A stretch of 62,591 nt of DNA, counting the filler, from Malassezia furfur (Eukaryota), in assembly GCA_052055015.1 (NCBI GenBank). It is 15 parts of 15 records of this genome, joined end to end, with 100 filler letters (N's around TTAATTAATTAA, not from the genome) between each part and the next. Parts side by side here need not be neighbours in the genome. Positions count along the whole stretch, not along the records: positions 46,246 to 50,266 come from JBQJIT010000710.1; positions 50,367 to 54,387 come from JBQJIT010000711.1; positions 54,488 to 58,492 come from JBQJIT010000712.1; 12 more parts are not named here. The stretch is one strand, 5' to 3'. Position numbers and translations under genes: made by a program. Below the pieces are notes generated by a model. That model saw only the letters and a program-made list of their open reading frames with translations, searched no databases and was not told where the DNA came from. Positions 46,246 through 57,723 of the stretch are shown one piece after another. Position 1 is the stretch's first letter. Each line of letters opens with the position of its first letter.

Positions 46246-48227
46246 GCCGGCCCGGCGCACGGGTGCCGTCGATGCCCGCTGTGGTGCCGCCGGGCGCAGC
46301 GCCAGCGCCTGGTACCCCGCCTGTGGCGCATGCGGCGCCCGTGATGCCTGCACCGCCGCCGAATCCCCAGGCGGCGCATCTCGCGCGGATGCGTGCGATG
46401 CTCGAGGCTTGCCCGAAGCCTGTGCAGGAAGCGATTCTGTCGCTGCCTCCCCCGATCCAGTTCGAGTCGCTCGAGGATATTGCGGCGCGGTTCCCTGCCC
46501 TGCTGCAGCCGAACGTGTCGACGGGCGAGGAGCAAGCGGCGATCCAGGTGCTGCTCTCTTCGGCCCCGGGACGCATGCAGCAGTTCCAGGCAGTGGAAGA
46601 GAAGCGCCGTGCCAAGGCGGCCAAGCTCGCCAACATCACGCGATACAACGGTCTGATGACCGGCTCCGACAAGGACTTTATCACCCGAATCCAAATCAGC
46701 CATCTGGTGACGCCGGACCCGTACACGGACGACTTTTATGCGCATGTCTACTTTGCGGTGCGCGGCGGTGGCCGGCGCATTGTGCTGCCCGACGCCTCGA
46801 GTGTTGAGGCGATTGAGCAGCACAAGACCGGCCATGGCGAGGAAAAGAAGGGCGGCCGGCGCAAGCTGACGCGCCACGAAAATGCCATGCTGCGTATGCA
46901 GCAGCAGGTCGAGCGGCTGGTGGACAACCGCAAGAAGCGCGAGGCCAAAGGCAATGTCTCGTCGCTGACCGGCACGCTGGGTCGTGTGAGTTTGAGCTCG
47001 GCGAACAAGCCGCGGCAGATTCTGCAGGTCATCAACGCCTCGGCGCCCGTCGCGTCCAAAGACGCTGCGGCCGCTTCGTCGGGCTCTGCCGAGGACGCGA
47101 TGCGTGTGGCGCTGCAAGGTGCGTCGCTCGACGATGCGACGCTCCGTGCGCACGGCTCGCAAAAACAGCAGGCGCTTAGCCGCCGCGAGACACTGGCGAT
47201 CCTCGAGCGTCTGTACGCGATTGTGCTGCGTCTGGAGCAGTTGCGGCGTGAGCCGACGATCGACGCGGACCTCGATGCGATCAACGAGCAAAAGCAGCTC
47301 ACCGAGACGCTGTGGAGTGAGCTGCGCGTCCTCGAGCCGCTCGAGGTGTCGGACCCTCATCCGTTCGTCTCGCTGCTGAACCACGTGAAGGGCAAGCGGC
47401 TGCTGCCCCGTGCGCTGCGCCTGCTCGATGCCGAGCAGGGCCTGACGACGCTGACCATGCTCATTGCTTCGTTCTCGTCGCTGGATGCGGTGCGCAACTA
47501 CGCTGCCTGGGAGCAGTACCAGGCGCTCGAGGCGCTCCCCCACGCGGGCCCTACGCGCCTCACGGCGGTGCAGGCAGCCGAGATTGGGCGAGGAATCGAG
47601 GCGTTTGGCAACTCTGTGCTGTTCAACATGATCTCGCTGATCAACCAGGCGCCACTGCGTATCGTGAGCGGGATGCTGGCTCTCCTGATGGAGCGCAACG
47701 ACATTGTGTTCGTCGCCAAAACACGGCCTGGTGTATCGGTGCTCACCGTGCTCCTGTCGCGCGCCGAGACGTTGCGGCAGGCGGCGTCGGCGCCCGTCGC
47801 GCTCGGCGACGCGGCGCCGACCGCGGACGAGGTGCAGCAATGGAGCAACGTGTTCAACGTGCTGCTGGACCGCCTTGCGGCGCATGCGCAGCTCCCGCAG
47901 CTGTTCCCCTCGACGCGGGTGCAAGCGGCGCTGCCGTTTGGCGTCGACGTATACCTCGCCAGCGCGGCGCGTAAGGAGATGTCGCACTTTGACGTCGACG
48001 CCGAGGACGAGCCCGTGTGGAACTTGATGGCGCTGTTTGCCATCCACTCGGACTTGAACCAGCAGCAAGTGCTGGTCCAGGAGCTGCGCGAAAAGATCCT
48101 TTCGACGATCATTGCCGCGAACGAGGCCAAGAGCAAGGGCGCCAAGCGCGAGGAGGACGTGCGCATTCACAACGTCAACCTGCTCCTCCACGCGCTCAAC
48201 CTCGATGCGGCGCAGATTACCTTGTAG
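46246..48227 (+). CDS. PAT1: mRNA decapping activator Pat1 (5' truncated)
   Basis: RYNGLMTGSDKDFITRIQISHLVTPDPYTDDFYAHVY, PHPFVSLLNHVKGKRLLPR, C-terminal VNLLLHALNLDA. Confidence 0.92.
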
Positions 48228-48231
48228 CTAC

Positions 48232-50266
48232 TTAGAGGGGCAACGCAAACTGGTCGTCCCATTGCATCTCCTGCCGCAGCACCCCCACGAGGATCAGCTC
48301 CGGCGTCCAGATGCGCACGTCGGGCGTGCCGTGCTTGGCTGCCTGGTCGCGCAGCGTCTGGAGCGCCTTGCGGTCCTCGCGCGCGCCCAGGACGTGGTGC
48401 TGCGCCTGCGCCACACTGCGCGCCGTCGCACTCGACAGCGGCAGCACGTGGCCGCCGGCCGCCTCGATGACGCGCTGCAGCACGTCGCGGCTCGGCAGCA
48501 CGCTGCGGCTCACGTAAAAGGTGTGGCCCTGCAGCAGGGCGCCGGGATGTGCAGCGCTGCGCGCCAGCGCGTCGGACAACCGCATCGACCACTTGGCCTC
48601 CTTTTCCGCGTCGTGCAGCGCATAGGGCGCCGTGTCGACGAGCTGCTTGCGCCGCACCACCTCTTTCAGCCAGTCAACCGACACCACCTGGACGGTGCCA
48701 AGCGCAATGGCGCACAGCATCTTTTCGGTGCGCGTCAGCCCTTTGGCAACGAGGTGCGTCGCTTCGGCAACGTCGTCGACGCGGCGCACATGCAGCGCAT
48801 CGAGCACCGCCAGCGTGCTCGGCTTGAGCTCGACCGAGGTCGTCGCCAGGCACACTTCGCGCTTACGCTTGCGGGCCGACAGCGGCGTCCGCGGTGCGTC
48901 GTGGCCTGACTTGCGCTTGGTGGGGGGCGGCGCCACGCCCAGCTCGGCCTCGGCGAGCTGGTCGTCGCTGAGCGTCGTCGAGGTGGCCGCGGGTGCGGCT
49001 GGCGACGCGTGGGCTGCTTCGTCGGCCTGGGGCGCCTCGGGCGCAGGTGCGTCTCCCGCGTCGTCGGAGTGAACGTCGCCGTTTGTCTCGGATGGGTATG
49101 CGGGCGCAGCGCGTCCGTTGGGCGTGGCGAGATCCGCGGTGCCATCTGCCGACACACCACTGTCCAGCGTTGTGTCGGTGGGCTGTGCGTCTTGGGGCAC
49201 CTGGGGCTTCTGGGGCTCTTGAGGCTCCTGAGGCTCCTGAGGCCCCTCGTGCTCCTCATGCTCCTCGTGCTCCTGAGGCTCCTCGTGCTCCTCATGCTCC
49301 TCGTGTTCATGGGCGCCGTGCTGTGCGTCGTCCACGTCCTGCTGCTTGTCCTGCACCTCGTTGGTCTCGGACTGGGGCTCCGTCGCTTGCGGTTCATCTG
49401 CTGCTTCCTCGGCACGCAGATTGGGCTCTGCATCGCGGTCGCCCTGTATGTACACCGTCTCGTCGACCATAGGGTCCAAGTGCCTTTGCTGAGAGGTATG
49501 GTTCATCGGGGTATCTTGTTCAGCGGCGTGTTCTGGCGCGGCCGGTGCCACAGGCGCGTCCGATGCGGCTTCTTCCGCATGCGCCTCGGCCGGCGCCTCG
49601 GCTGGGGCCGGTGGGGCATTACTTTCCGCCTCGGGTGTCGCCTGAGAGTGCGTGGGCGCCGCCGCTTTCGAGACAGGCCGAATGTACGCCTGCAAGGCGG
49701 TGTCTGGCACACTGGCGCGGCCCACGACCGCCTTGAGTTGGGCCGCGCCGGGGAATGTGAGGAATTGGGTCTGGGCCAACGTCTGGTTCGTCCACGTCGC
49801 GAAGCACTGCTCAAGCCACAGATGGTTGACCACGGGGATGTTCCACTCGCGCGCCTTGTTCACCTTTTCGCCAGCGAGTTCGAGCGCGATGCACACGTCG
49901 TGCGACGGTGTCATGTGCGGGGTAAAGGTGCCGCCCATCTTGGCGATGAGCTCTTTCAAGTACGACCGTGCAGCGCCCGAGTAGTTGGTGAGGGTCACCG
50001 TCAGCCGGTCAAAGCCGGGGACGGGCTTGCGCGGGTACGGGAAATAGAGTAGGCGGTCCCGCGGCGAGATCATACGCCCCTTGGACAGGATGTGCACGAG
50101 CCACGGCAATGTACCGACCGTGACGTCCTGGCGCATCGCGGCGCCAAACTCGCGGCTCTCGCGGTAGCGCGCCACGACCAGGTCCGCGGCCGCGACCGCG
50201 GCCTCAACCGCCACGTCGTCCGCCGCCTCCGCGACCGTGTCGAGGCACGTGCCACCGGCCGCCTCG
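48232..50266 (-). CDS. Multi-BRCT DNA-damage scaffold (Rtt107/Brc1/PTIP-like), 5' truncated
   Basis: TLTNYSGAARSYLKELIAKMGG, AREWNIPVVNHLWLEQC, THLVAKGLTRTEKMLCAIA, C-terminal BRCT pair. Confidence 0.85.
49200..49310 (-). repeat. 9-bp coding tandem repeats (HEE/PQE units) in the BRCT linker
   Basis: CTCCTCGTG/CTCCTCATG/CTCCTGAGG units visible. Confidence 0.8.
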
Positions 50267-50366
50267 NNNNNNNNNNNNNNNNNNNNNNNNNNNNNNNNNN
50301 NNNNNNNNNNTTAATTAATTAANNNNNNNNNNNNNNNNNNNNNNNNNNNNNNNNNNNNNNNNNNNN

Positions 50367-50515
50367 ACGCCGCGTCGTTCAGCACGTCGTACGCGCCCTA
50401 CTTCCATGCGCTGCAGAGCGCGTGGCAGGCGCGCTACGCGATGCTCGATGCGGCGCTCGGCGAGGGCGCGCAGCAGATTGTCCAGACGTTTGCCCCCTAT
50501 GGGCTCGAGACGTAG
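50367..50515 (+). CDS. C-terminal fragment of an unknown protein
   Basis: Open frame with GC3-biased codons to TAG 50513-50515, 2 nt from the MCM7 stop. Confidence 0.45.
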
Positions 50516-50517
50516 GC

Positions 50518-53007
50518 CTACAAAAAGATGATCCGGTTGCCGACCTGCTGGAGGACGCCGAGCGAGGCGTACTCCTGCAGCGTCTCCTGCAGCTGGTCCT
50601 CGACGAACCCGCTGTGCAGGATGCGGTCGCGCACCGCGCCGAGGTGCAGCTCGCCGAGCGTCGGCGCGGAGCCCGGCGCGGGGCGGCCGAGCACCTCGGC
50701 GTCCTCCTCGGCGCCCGCCTGGTGCGCCATCTCGCGCAGGATGCGGAAGATCTTGGACACGGGGCTCTGGTCGTCGCCGAGCTCGGTGCGCCGCCGCGCC
50801 GAGGTGTACAGCGACGCCTTGCTTACGTCCATCAGCCGGAGCGCCTCCTCCACATCGCCGCGCTCGACCTCGGGCGCAAAGCGGAGGCGCGCGAGGGCCT
50901 GCGCGAGGCGCACCACGCCGAGCAGCGTGCGGGCCGAGGTGTACGTGAACGCCGACTCGCGCTCCTCGTCCTGCTTGTGCTGCGCGCGCATCTGCACGTA
51001 GGCGTTCACGATGAACTCGGCGACGTGCGAGGGGATCGTCGGGCGGATCTGCCGCGCGGCGCCGAGGAACTGGCGCAGGACGGCGGGGCGCACCGTGTCG
51101 CCCTCGTCGACGGGCGGCGCGCTGTACATGTGCACGTAGGTGACGTGCTCCGCCAGGCGCTCGTCGGCCTCGCGCGAGGGCGTGTCGAGGAGCAGGTAGA
51201 GGATGTCGAAACGCGACAACAGCGCCGCGGGCAGGTTGATGTTGTCCACGGGCGAGATGCGCGGGTTGTACCGCCCGTACAGCGGGTTCGCCGCCGCAAG
51301 GATCGCGGTGCGCGCGTTGAGCGTCGTGTTGATGCCCGCCTTGGAGATGCTGATCGTCTGCTGCTCCATCACCTCGTGGATCGCCGTGCGGTCCGCCTCG
51401 TCCATCTTGTCAAACTCGTCGATGCACGCGATGCCGTTGTCGGCAAGCACCAGCGCACCGCCCTCCAGCACCATCTCGTCCGTGACGGGGTCGCGCATCA
51501 CCGCCGCCGTCAGACCCGCGCCGGACGACCCGCGGCCGGTGGTGTAGACGCCGCGGGGGGCGACCTTGGCGATGTACTTGAGCAGCTGCGACTTGGCCAC
51601 ACCGGGGTCGCCCATCAGGCACACGTTGATGTCGCCGCGGATCTTCAGGCCGTCGCCCATCGCCTTGTTGCACCCGCCGACGAGCAGGAGGAGCAGCACC
51701 TTTTTCACGTCCTCGTGTCCGTAGATCTCCGGCGCAATGCTCGCGGCGAGGCGCGCGTACAGCGACGGGTCCGCACGCAGCGCCTCGATCTCCGCCTCCA
51801 TGTCCGCCGAGCGGTCGAGGTCCGCGTAGGAGCGCTTCAGCTGCCGGATCGACTGCGCCTCGAGGTAGGTGTCCGTCAGCAGCCCCGCACGGATCCCGCG
51901 GAAGCCGGTGTACGGCAGCGGCAAGAAGATCCCGCCCACGTCCACCACGTCGCCGGGGCTCAGCTGCCGCGTGAGCCGGCCGTAGAGGTGCAGCGTCATG
52001 GACCGCGGGATGTGCCCCGCCGGCACCTGGTCGGTGAGCTCCTGCACCTTGACCTCCTGGAACGCAACAAACTTGCTCGCGCGCACCTGGGGGTACAGCG
52101 GCGCGCGCGTCTTGTTCGTCATGCACACGCGGCTCGTGCAGAAGGTGAGCGGCATGTACTGCCGCCCGGTGATCTCCTGGAAGACCTCGGCACCACACAC
52201 GTCGCACGCGTACGCATCCACCTGGATGCTCGGCTTCACGTCCGAGATGCGCGTCACCATCGCACGCACGGTCAGCAGCTTGCCGATCTGCGCGCCGCGG
52301 ATCTGGCGCACGGCCAGCGGCGCGTCGCTGCGCTGCGGCCGGAAGTAGAGCCGGTAGCGCCGCAGCAGCGCCGGGGGGAAGACGTCGGGGACGTCGCCCG
52401 TGGCCTCCTCCTGCTCCTCGGTGAGCGCATTGCGCTGCATCCGCTGGTGCCGGATCACGTCCAGCACGTCGTCCTTGTCCGAAATGTCCTTGTCGGGGTC
52501 GGGCATCTGCCGGTCAATCACCTCGTAAAAGAGGTCGAGGTAGTGCCGCGCATTGCCCTTGATCGCCGCAACGAGCGCCGCGCCCGTGTGCCGCCCCGCG
52601 GCATTGCGGAACTGCGCAATATCGTCCAGCTCGATGACCAGCATCTCCTGGTCGCGGTTCGCGATGCGCTGCAGCTGCACGCGGTACTTTTCCACCAGCG
52701 CACCGGCGTCGGCGCCCGGCGCACCGTCCGCCCCCACACCAGGCCCGGGCGAAAAGGTATCACGCATCAGCGTCTCGTCCACGGCATCCAGCGCATCCAG
52801 GCCCTCGGCCTCCAAGTCGCGCTCAATCAGCTGCGCAGGCGCATCGTCGTCGCTGCGCCGTCGCGGACCGACGCGCGACAGCGGCGGCACCGACGACGCA
52901 GGCGCCTTGAAGTGGGCAAGAAAGTCGCCGATCTTTTCGCGCTCCTCATCGTAATGGATGGGGAGGTTGATCACCGGCAGGATCGGGCCGGCGGCGCTCG
53001 AGGCCAT
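50518..53007 (-). CDS. MCM7: DNA replication licensing factor Mcm7
   Basis: IAPEIYGHEDVKK, RGDINVCLMGDPGVAKSQLL, AAVMRDPVTDEMVLEGGALVLADNGIACIDEFDKM, SRFD. Confidence 0.96.
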   Translation of the reverse strand: MASSAAGPILPVINLPIHYDEEREKIGDFLAHFKAPASSVPPLSRVGPRRRSDDDAPAQLIERDLEAEGLDALDAVDETLMRDTFSPGPGVGADGAPGADAGALVEKYRVQLQRIANRDQEMLVIELDDIAQFRNAAGRHTGAALVAAIKGNARHYLDLFYEVIDRQMPDPDKDISDKDDVLDVIRHQRMQRNALTEEQEEATGDVPDVFPPALLRRYRLYFRPQRSDAPLAVRQIRGAQIGKLLTVRAMVTRISDVKPSIQVDAYACDVCGAEVFQEITGRQYMPLTFCTSRVCMTNKTRAPLYPQVRASKFVAFQEVKVQELTDQVPAGHIPRSMTLHLYGRLTRQLSPGDVVDVGGIFLPLPYTGFRGIRAGLLTDTYLEAQSIRQLKRSYADLDRSADMEAEIEALRADPSLYARLAASIAPEIYGHEDVKKVLLLLLVGGCNKAMGDGLKIRGDINVCLMGDPGVAKSQLLKYIAKVAPRGVYTTGRGSSGAGLTAAVMRDPVTDEMVLEGGALVLADNGIACIDEFDKMDEADRTAIHEVMEQQTISISKAGINTTLNARTAILAAANPLYGRYNPRISPVDNINLPAALLSRFDILYLLLDTPSREADERLAEHVTYVHMYSAPPVDEGDTVRPAVLRQFLGAARQIRPTIPSHVAEFIVNAYVQMRAQHKQDEERESAFTYTSARTLLGVVRLAQALARLRFAPEVERGDVEEALRLMDVSKASLYTSARRRTELGDDQSPVSKIFRILREMAHQAGAEEDAEVLGRPAPGSAPTLGELHLGAVRDRILHSGFVEDQLQETLQEYASLGVLQQVGNRIIFL

Positions 53008-53097
53008 CGTCGTCGCACACCGCGAACCTCGTCGTTCGGCGCGCGTCGCGAAGTCGCCACGTGGCCATTGGCATGCGCGCCAAAAGAACAAAAAATG

Positions 53098-53179
53098 TGC
53101 GCCAAGGGGGAATCGAACCCCCGGCACAGCTACATCTTTGCGATGGCAAAGCTGTATTTTACCACTAAACCATTGGCGC
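53098..53179 (-). tRNA. tRNA-Gly(GCC) with 11-nt intron (53133-53143)
   Basis: Acceptor GCGCCAA/TTGGCGC+A, anticodon stem CAGCT/AGCTG, GCC anticodon, T arm GGGGG-TTCGATT-CCCCC, T6 terminator. Confidence 0.92.
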
Positions 53180-53404
53180 CTTGTGATGGTACCCAGAGCG
53201 CAGGGGGGCCTACATAATGAGCATAGCCGGGGGAACCTAGGTCTTTGCGTCGGTGCACAGGGGCATGGGCAGTGGCGCAGGCCGGCGCTCCGCACGGATC
53301 CAGTCGCTCACACGCCTGGCACGTCGCCCACACGCTCGGCCTGTCACCCACGCGCCCGATCGGTCGGGACATGCTTGGATCCCGTAGGTTTTGGCTACCT
53401 ACGC

Positions 53405-54043
53405 CTACTCGTCGTCCTGCGCCTCCTTCTTCCACGCACGCTCGCGCTCGCGCACGACCTCGAGACCGGGCAGCTCGCCGGCCACGGTGCCGAACAGCGC
53501 GTCGCGGACTTGGGCGCTGCGTGTGGACATCTCCTCGTTGCTGTACAGGTCGCCATGCCCCGCGGCATCACGCGCGCGGCGCGTTGCGTAAGCGCTCGGC
53601 TGGTGCACAAAGTGCTGGCGCACACGCATGGGCCCCTCGGCGGCCTCGGCACTGGCGTGCGTGCGCCCCGGCATGTCCGAGGCCAGCGTGTGCTGGATGC
53701 GCAGCGTATCGTACATGTCGAGCTCGCCGAGCGTGTCTTTCCGGCCAGACTGCACGTCCTGGCGGTACTGGCTCAGGAGCTCCGAGGTGCTCGCGAACTG
53801 CACAAAGGGCCGGCCGTCGCGCTCGCCGTAGAACTGGCCAAGGATGCTCTCCGTCACGGCCTCGCCGAGCTCGGTGTCGTCGGCGCCGCGCGGGATGGGG
53901 TAAAAGCTCGGGGTGAGGTGGTATAGCGATACGGCCTGGCGCAGTGCCTCGTCGTTCTTGCGCTTGGTGATGCGCTGCGCGCGGCGCGAGATGTGCGCCG
54001 CGGCGCTCGTGTGCAGTCCGCGCACGCTCCCTGCGACCCGCAT
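53405..54043 (-). CDS. Uncharacterised protein with mitochondrial-type presequence
   Basis: MRVAGSVRGLHTSAAAHISRR start; 212 aa; C-terminal VRDALFGTVAGELPGLEVVRER. Confidence 0.7.
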   Translation of the reverse strand: MRVAGSVRGLHTSAAAHISRRAQRITKRKNDEALRQAVSLYHLTPSFYPIPRGADDTELGEAVTESILGQFYGERDGRPFVQFASTSELLSQYRQDVQSGRKDTLGELDMYDTLRIQHTLASDMPGRTHASAEAAEGPMRVRQHFVHQPSAYATRRARDAAGHGDLYSNEEMSTRSAQVRDALFGTVAGELPGLEVVRERERAWKKEAQDDE

Positions 54044-54137
54044 CGTCGTCGCTCCGCGAAAAGGCGAGCGGCACGTGACGTGCGCGTGCACGCGTCGAGC
54101 TGGGTTGTGGGCGCGCTGTGTCTTGTGCATCGGTGGG

Positions 54138-54387
54138 ATGCCGGTGCGGTCGCGGCCGCTGCCTACGCCGGCGGGGCCGCTGCATGCCTCGCCGAGCGCC
54201 TACGATGTGTTCCGCAGCACACCTGAGACACCGCCGCCCGTGCCGGCGAAATCTCCGCGCGACTCGCCCGGCGCCGCACTGACCAAGAGCGCCAGTTTGC
54301 GGCAGCAGGCGGACCTCCTCATGCAGCGCGGCTCGCCGTCGCGCGCGGGGCACCGGCGCACGCAGTCGGCGGCCGAGGCGCGGCCGC
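54138..54387 (+). CDS. Pro/Ser-rich N-terminus of an unknown protein (3' truncated)
   Basis: ATG 54138, open to the gap; PPPVPAK and HRRTQS motifs. Confidence 0.45.
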
Positions 54388-54487
54388 NNNNNNNNNNNNN
54401 NNNNNNNNNNNNNNNNNNNNNNNNNNNNNNNTTAATTAATTAANNNNNNNNNNNNNNNNNNNNNNNNNNNNNNNNNNNNNNNNNNNN

Positions 54488-57400
54488 ACGTGTGGTCGGC
54501 GACGGCCGTGCGCGACACGCTGGTGTCGCGGTGCATGCTGCGCCCAGTGGCGCTCCTGCTCGAGAACGAGGCGTACATGAAGAGCGCGACGGTGCGCAAG
54601 GCACTCTTCCAGGTGATGGGCCTCGCGGTCAAGCTGCACGGCCAGGCGCTGAGCGTGCAGACGAGCATTCTGCAGGCGCTGCAGTACTACGAGCACCTCG
54701 CGGAGCCGATGGCCGAGCTGCTCGCGCAGCTGCGCATCGAGTACGACGTCGAGCGCCTCGGCGAGGACGTGCTGCGCGACGTCGCGGGCAAGACGTTCAC
54801 GAGCCTCGACAGCAAGAGCCCGCGCACCTACGGCCGCTTCCTCGTGCGCATGGCGGAGCTGAACCCGCGCAGCGTGCTGAAGCAGATGAGCCTGCTGCAG
54901 GTGCACCTCGACAGCGAGTCGTACCCGATCCGCAACGCGATGATCGAGGTGCAGGGCGTGCTCATCCGCGCGCTGTGCGTCCAGGACGAGTTTGCCGAGA
55001 CCGCCGCCGACGTCGAGGCGGACGCGGACACGGACGACGGCGCGCGCGTCTCGGCGCACCAGAAGCAGATCGACCTGTTCTTTGCGCGCATCGAGGAGCG
55101 CTTCCTCGACCTGACGACGTTTGTGCGCACCAAGGCGATCCAGACGTGCGCGGCGCTGTGCGAGCTGCCGGTCAAGTTTGCCGCGCACCGCCTGCAGATG
55201 ACGGCGCTCGCGGTGCGTGCGCTCGAGGACAAGGGCAGCAACGTGCGGCGCAACGCGATCGCGCTGCTCACCAAGCTCGTGCTGACGCACCCCTACGGCG
55301 CGCTGCACGGCGGCGAGCTCGATGCGGACGTATGGCGCGCGCGGCGCGACGTGGTGCAGCGCGAGCTCGAGAGCGCCGAGGCACAGCTCGTCTTTCCCGA
55401 GACCGAGGTGCCCGACGACGCGGATGCGGGCGTCAAGGCGGAGCCGGGCACAGAGCCGGGCACAGAGCCGGGCGCGGAGCCGGGCGCCGAGGGCGGCGGC
55501 AGCTCCGCACGGCGGCGGCCGCGCAAGTCGGCGCTCGACCTCGAGGCGCTCGCCGCGTCGCAGCAGGCGATGACGCACGAGGACCAGGACCAGCTGGTGA
55601 AGCTGCGGCTCACGCTGCGCTACTACGACGACGCGCTGCAGTTCATCGGCCAGCTCGAGCACGCGGTGCCGATCCTCGTGCAGCTGCTCGCGTCCACGTT
55701 TAAGGCCGAGGTGCTCGAGAGCATGGAGTTTTTCCGCGTCGCGCACGAGTACAAGATCCGCGGCGCGGCCGACGGCGTGCGTGCGATGGTGCACCTGATC
55801 TGGGCAAAGGACAACGCGCTCGTCCTCGAGGACGGCTCGCAGCTCAAGGGCGTGCGCAGCCGCCTGATCGAGGTGTACCGCGCGCTGTACTTTGACCCGT
55901 ACCCCGAGCTGTCGCACGCCGAGAACGTCGCGCGCATCTCGCGCAACATGATCGAGCGCACGTTTGGCGCGACACTCGCCGAGCTCACGAGCCTCGAGCA
56001 GCTGTTTGCGCTGATGCACACCGAGCGCCTCGTCGCGCCCGCCGTGATCGACAAGCTGTGGGACGTGTATGCGACGCCGCACGCGATTGCGCGCGCACAG
56101 CGGCGCGGCGCGATCCTGATCCTCGGCATGCTCGCGACCGCCGACCGCGCGCTGGTCGCCGACCGCATCGACACGCTGCTGCACATCGGCCTCGGCACGC
56201 TCGGCGCACGCGACGTGCGCCTGGCGACCTACACGGCGCTCGCGCTGCAGCGCGTGAGCGGCAGCGCGAAAAAGGTCAAGGGTGCGCTGAGCGACGCCAA
56301 CGTGCGCTACCCGATGGCGCACCCCATGTTTGCGCGCCTGCGCGCCGCGGTGCTGATGGACGTGCACGGCGACGCACAGCGCGCGGCGTGGTTCGGCCTC
56401 GCGGAGCACGCGGTGCAGGCGATCTACGCGCTCGGCGAGCAGCCCGACGCGCTCGGCACCGAGCTCATCCGGCACCTGACGCGCGCGGCGGTCGGCGGCG
56501 GCGGCGGCGACGCGTATGCGCTCGCGCGCCTGCTGTTTGTCGTCGGGCACGTCGCGCTGAAGCAGATGGTGTACATGGAGCTCGTCGAGCGCGAGCTCAA
56601 GCGGCGCAAGGGCGAGCGCGACGCGGCGGACGGCGGCGCGCGGCCGAGCACCGAGCTCGACCAGGTCGCGGGCAACGCCGAGGACGAGATCGGCGACATG
56701 ATGGCCTTCCTGAAGGAGCGCGAGCTGCTGTACGGCCCCGAGAGCCTGCTCGGCCTGTACGGCCCGCTCGTCGCGCACATCCTGCGCACGCCGCACGCGT
56801 TCGGCGACGCGTACGTACAGCGCGCCGCGGCGCTCACGCTCGCCAAGCTCATGTGCATCTCGTCCGAGTTCTGCGACGCACACCTCGCGCTGCTGCTGCA
56901 CGTGCTCAAGAGCGCGCCGGACCCGGTGGTGCGCGCCAACGTGGTGATCGGGCTCGGGGACGTGGCGGTGTGCTTCGGCACGCTCGTCGACGAGAACAGC
57001 GAGCGGCTGTACGCGGGCCTGAACGACGCGGACCTCGGCGTGAAGAAGAACACGCTGATGGTGCTGACGCACCTCATCCTCAACGGCATGATCAAGGTCA
57101 AGGGCCAGCTCGGCGAGATGGCCAAGTGCCTCGAGGACGGCGAGCCGCGCGTGAGCGACCTCGCGAAGCTCTTCTTCAGCGAGCTCGCCACGAAGGAGAA
57201 CGCCGTGTACAACAACCTGCCCGACATCATCAGCCACCTCTCGAGCGGCGAGCACGCCGTGGACGAGGAGGTGTTTGCGAACACGATGCGCTTCATCTTC
57301 ACGTTCATCGACAAGGAGCGCCAGGCAGAGAACGTCATCGAGAAGCTCTGCCAGCGCTTCCGCCTGACCACCGAGCCGCGCCAGTGGCGCGACATTGCCT

Positions 57401-57723
57401 ACTGCCTCTCGCTCCTCCCGTACCGCTCGGAGCGCTCCGTGAAGAAACTCGTCGAGGGGCTACCGTACTACCAAGACAAGCTGTACAACCCCGACGTGTA
57501 CAAGCGCTTCGCCGAGATCCTCGCCAAGGCGCGCCAGGGCAAGTCGGCCGCCGGCGCCAAGGCCACCGACGCCGACCTGCGCGAGTTCGAGGAGATCCTC
57601 GCCAACGCCGCGTCCCAGGGCCGCGACGCGCACGACGCCGAGCATGCCGCACATGCACAGCTCGCACGCACCGAGCGCCGCCGCGCCCAGCGCGCGCCGC
57701 GCCGCGCCGCTCAGCGCGCCTAG
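54488..57723 (+). CDS. YCS4: Condensin I HEAT subunit Ycs4/Cnd1 (CAP-D2), 5' truncated
   Basis: LDSESYPIRNA, VRANVVIGLGDVAVCF, KNTLMVLTHLILNGMIKVKGQLGEMAKCLED, VYNNLPDIISHLS. Confidence 0.95.

Noticed and set aside
17879..57255. Very long antisense or alternate-frame ORFs (e.g. 17879-21169, 29715-33107, 34299-37637, 50422-53217, 54436-57255)
   Set aside because: Expected stop-codon depletion opposite GC3-rich genes; no recognisable domains.
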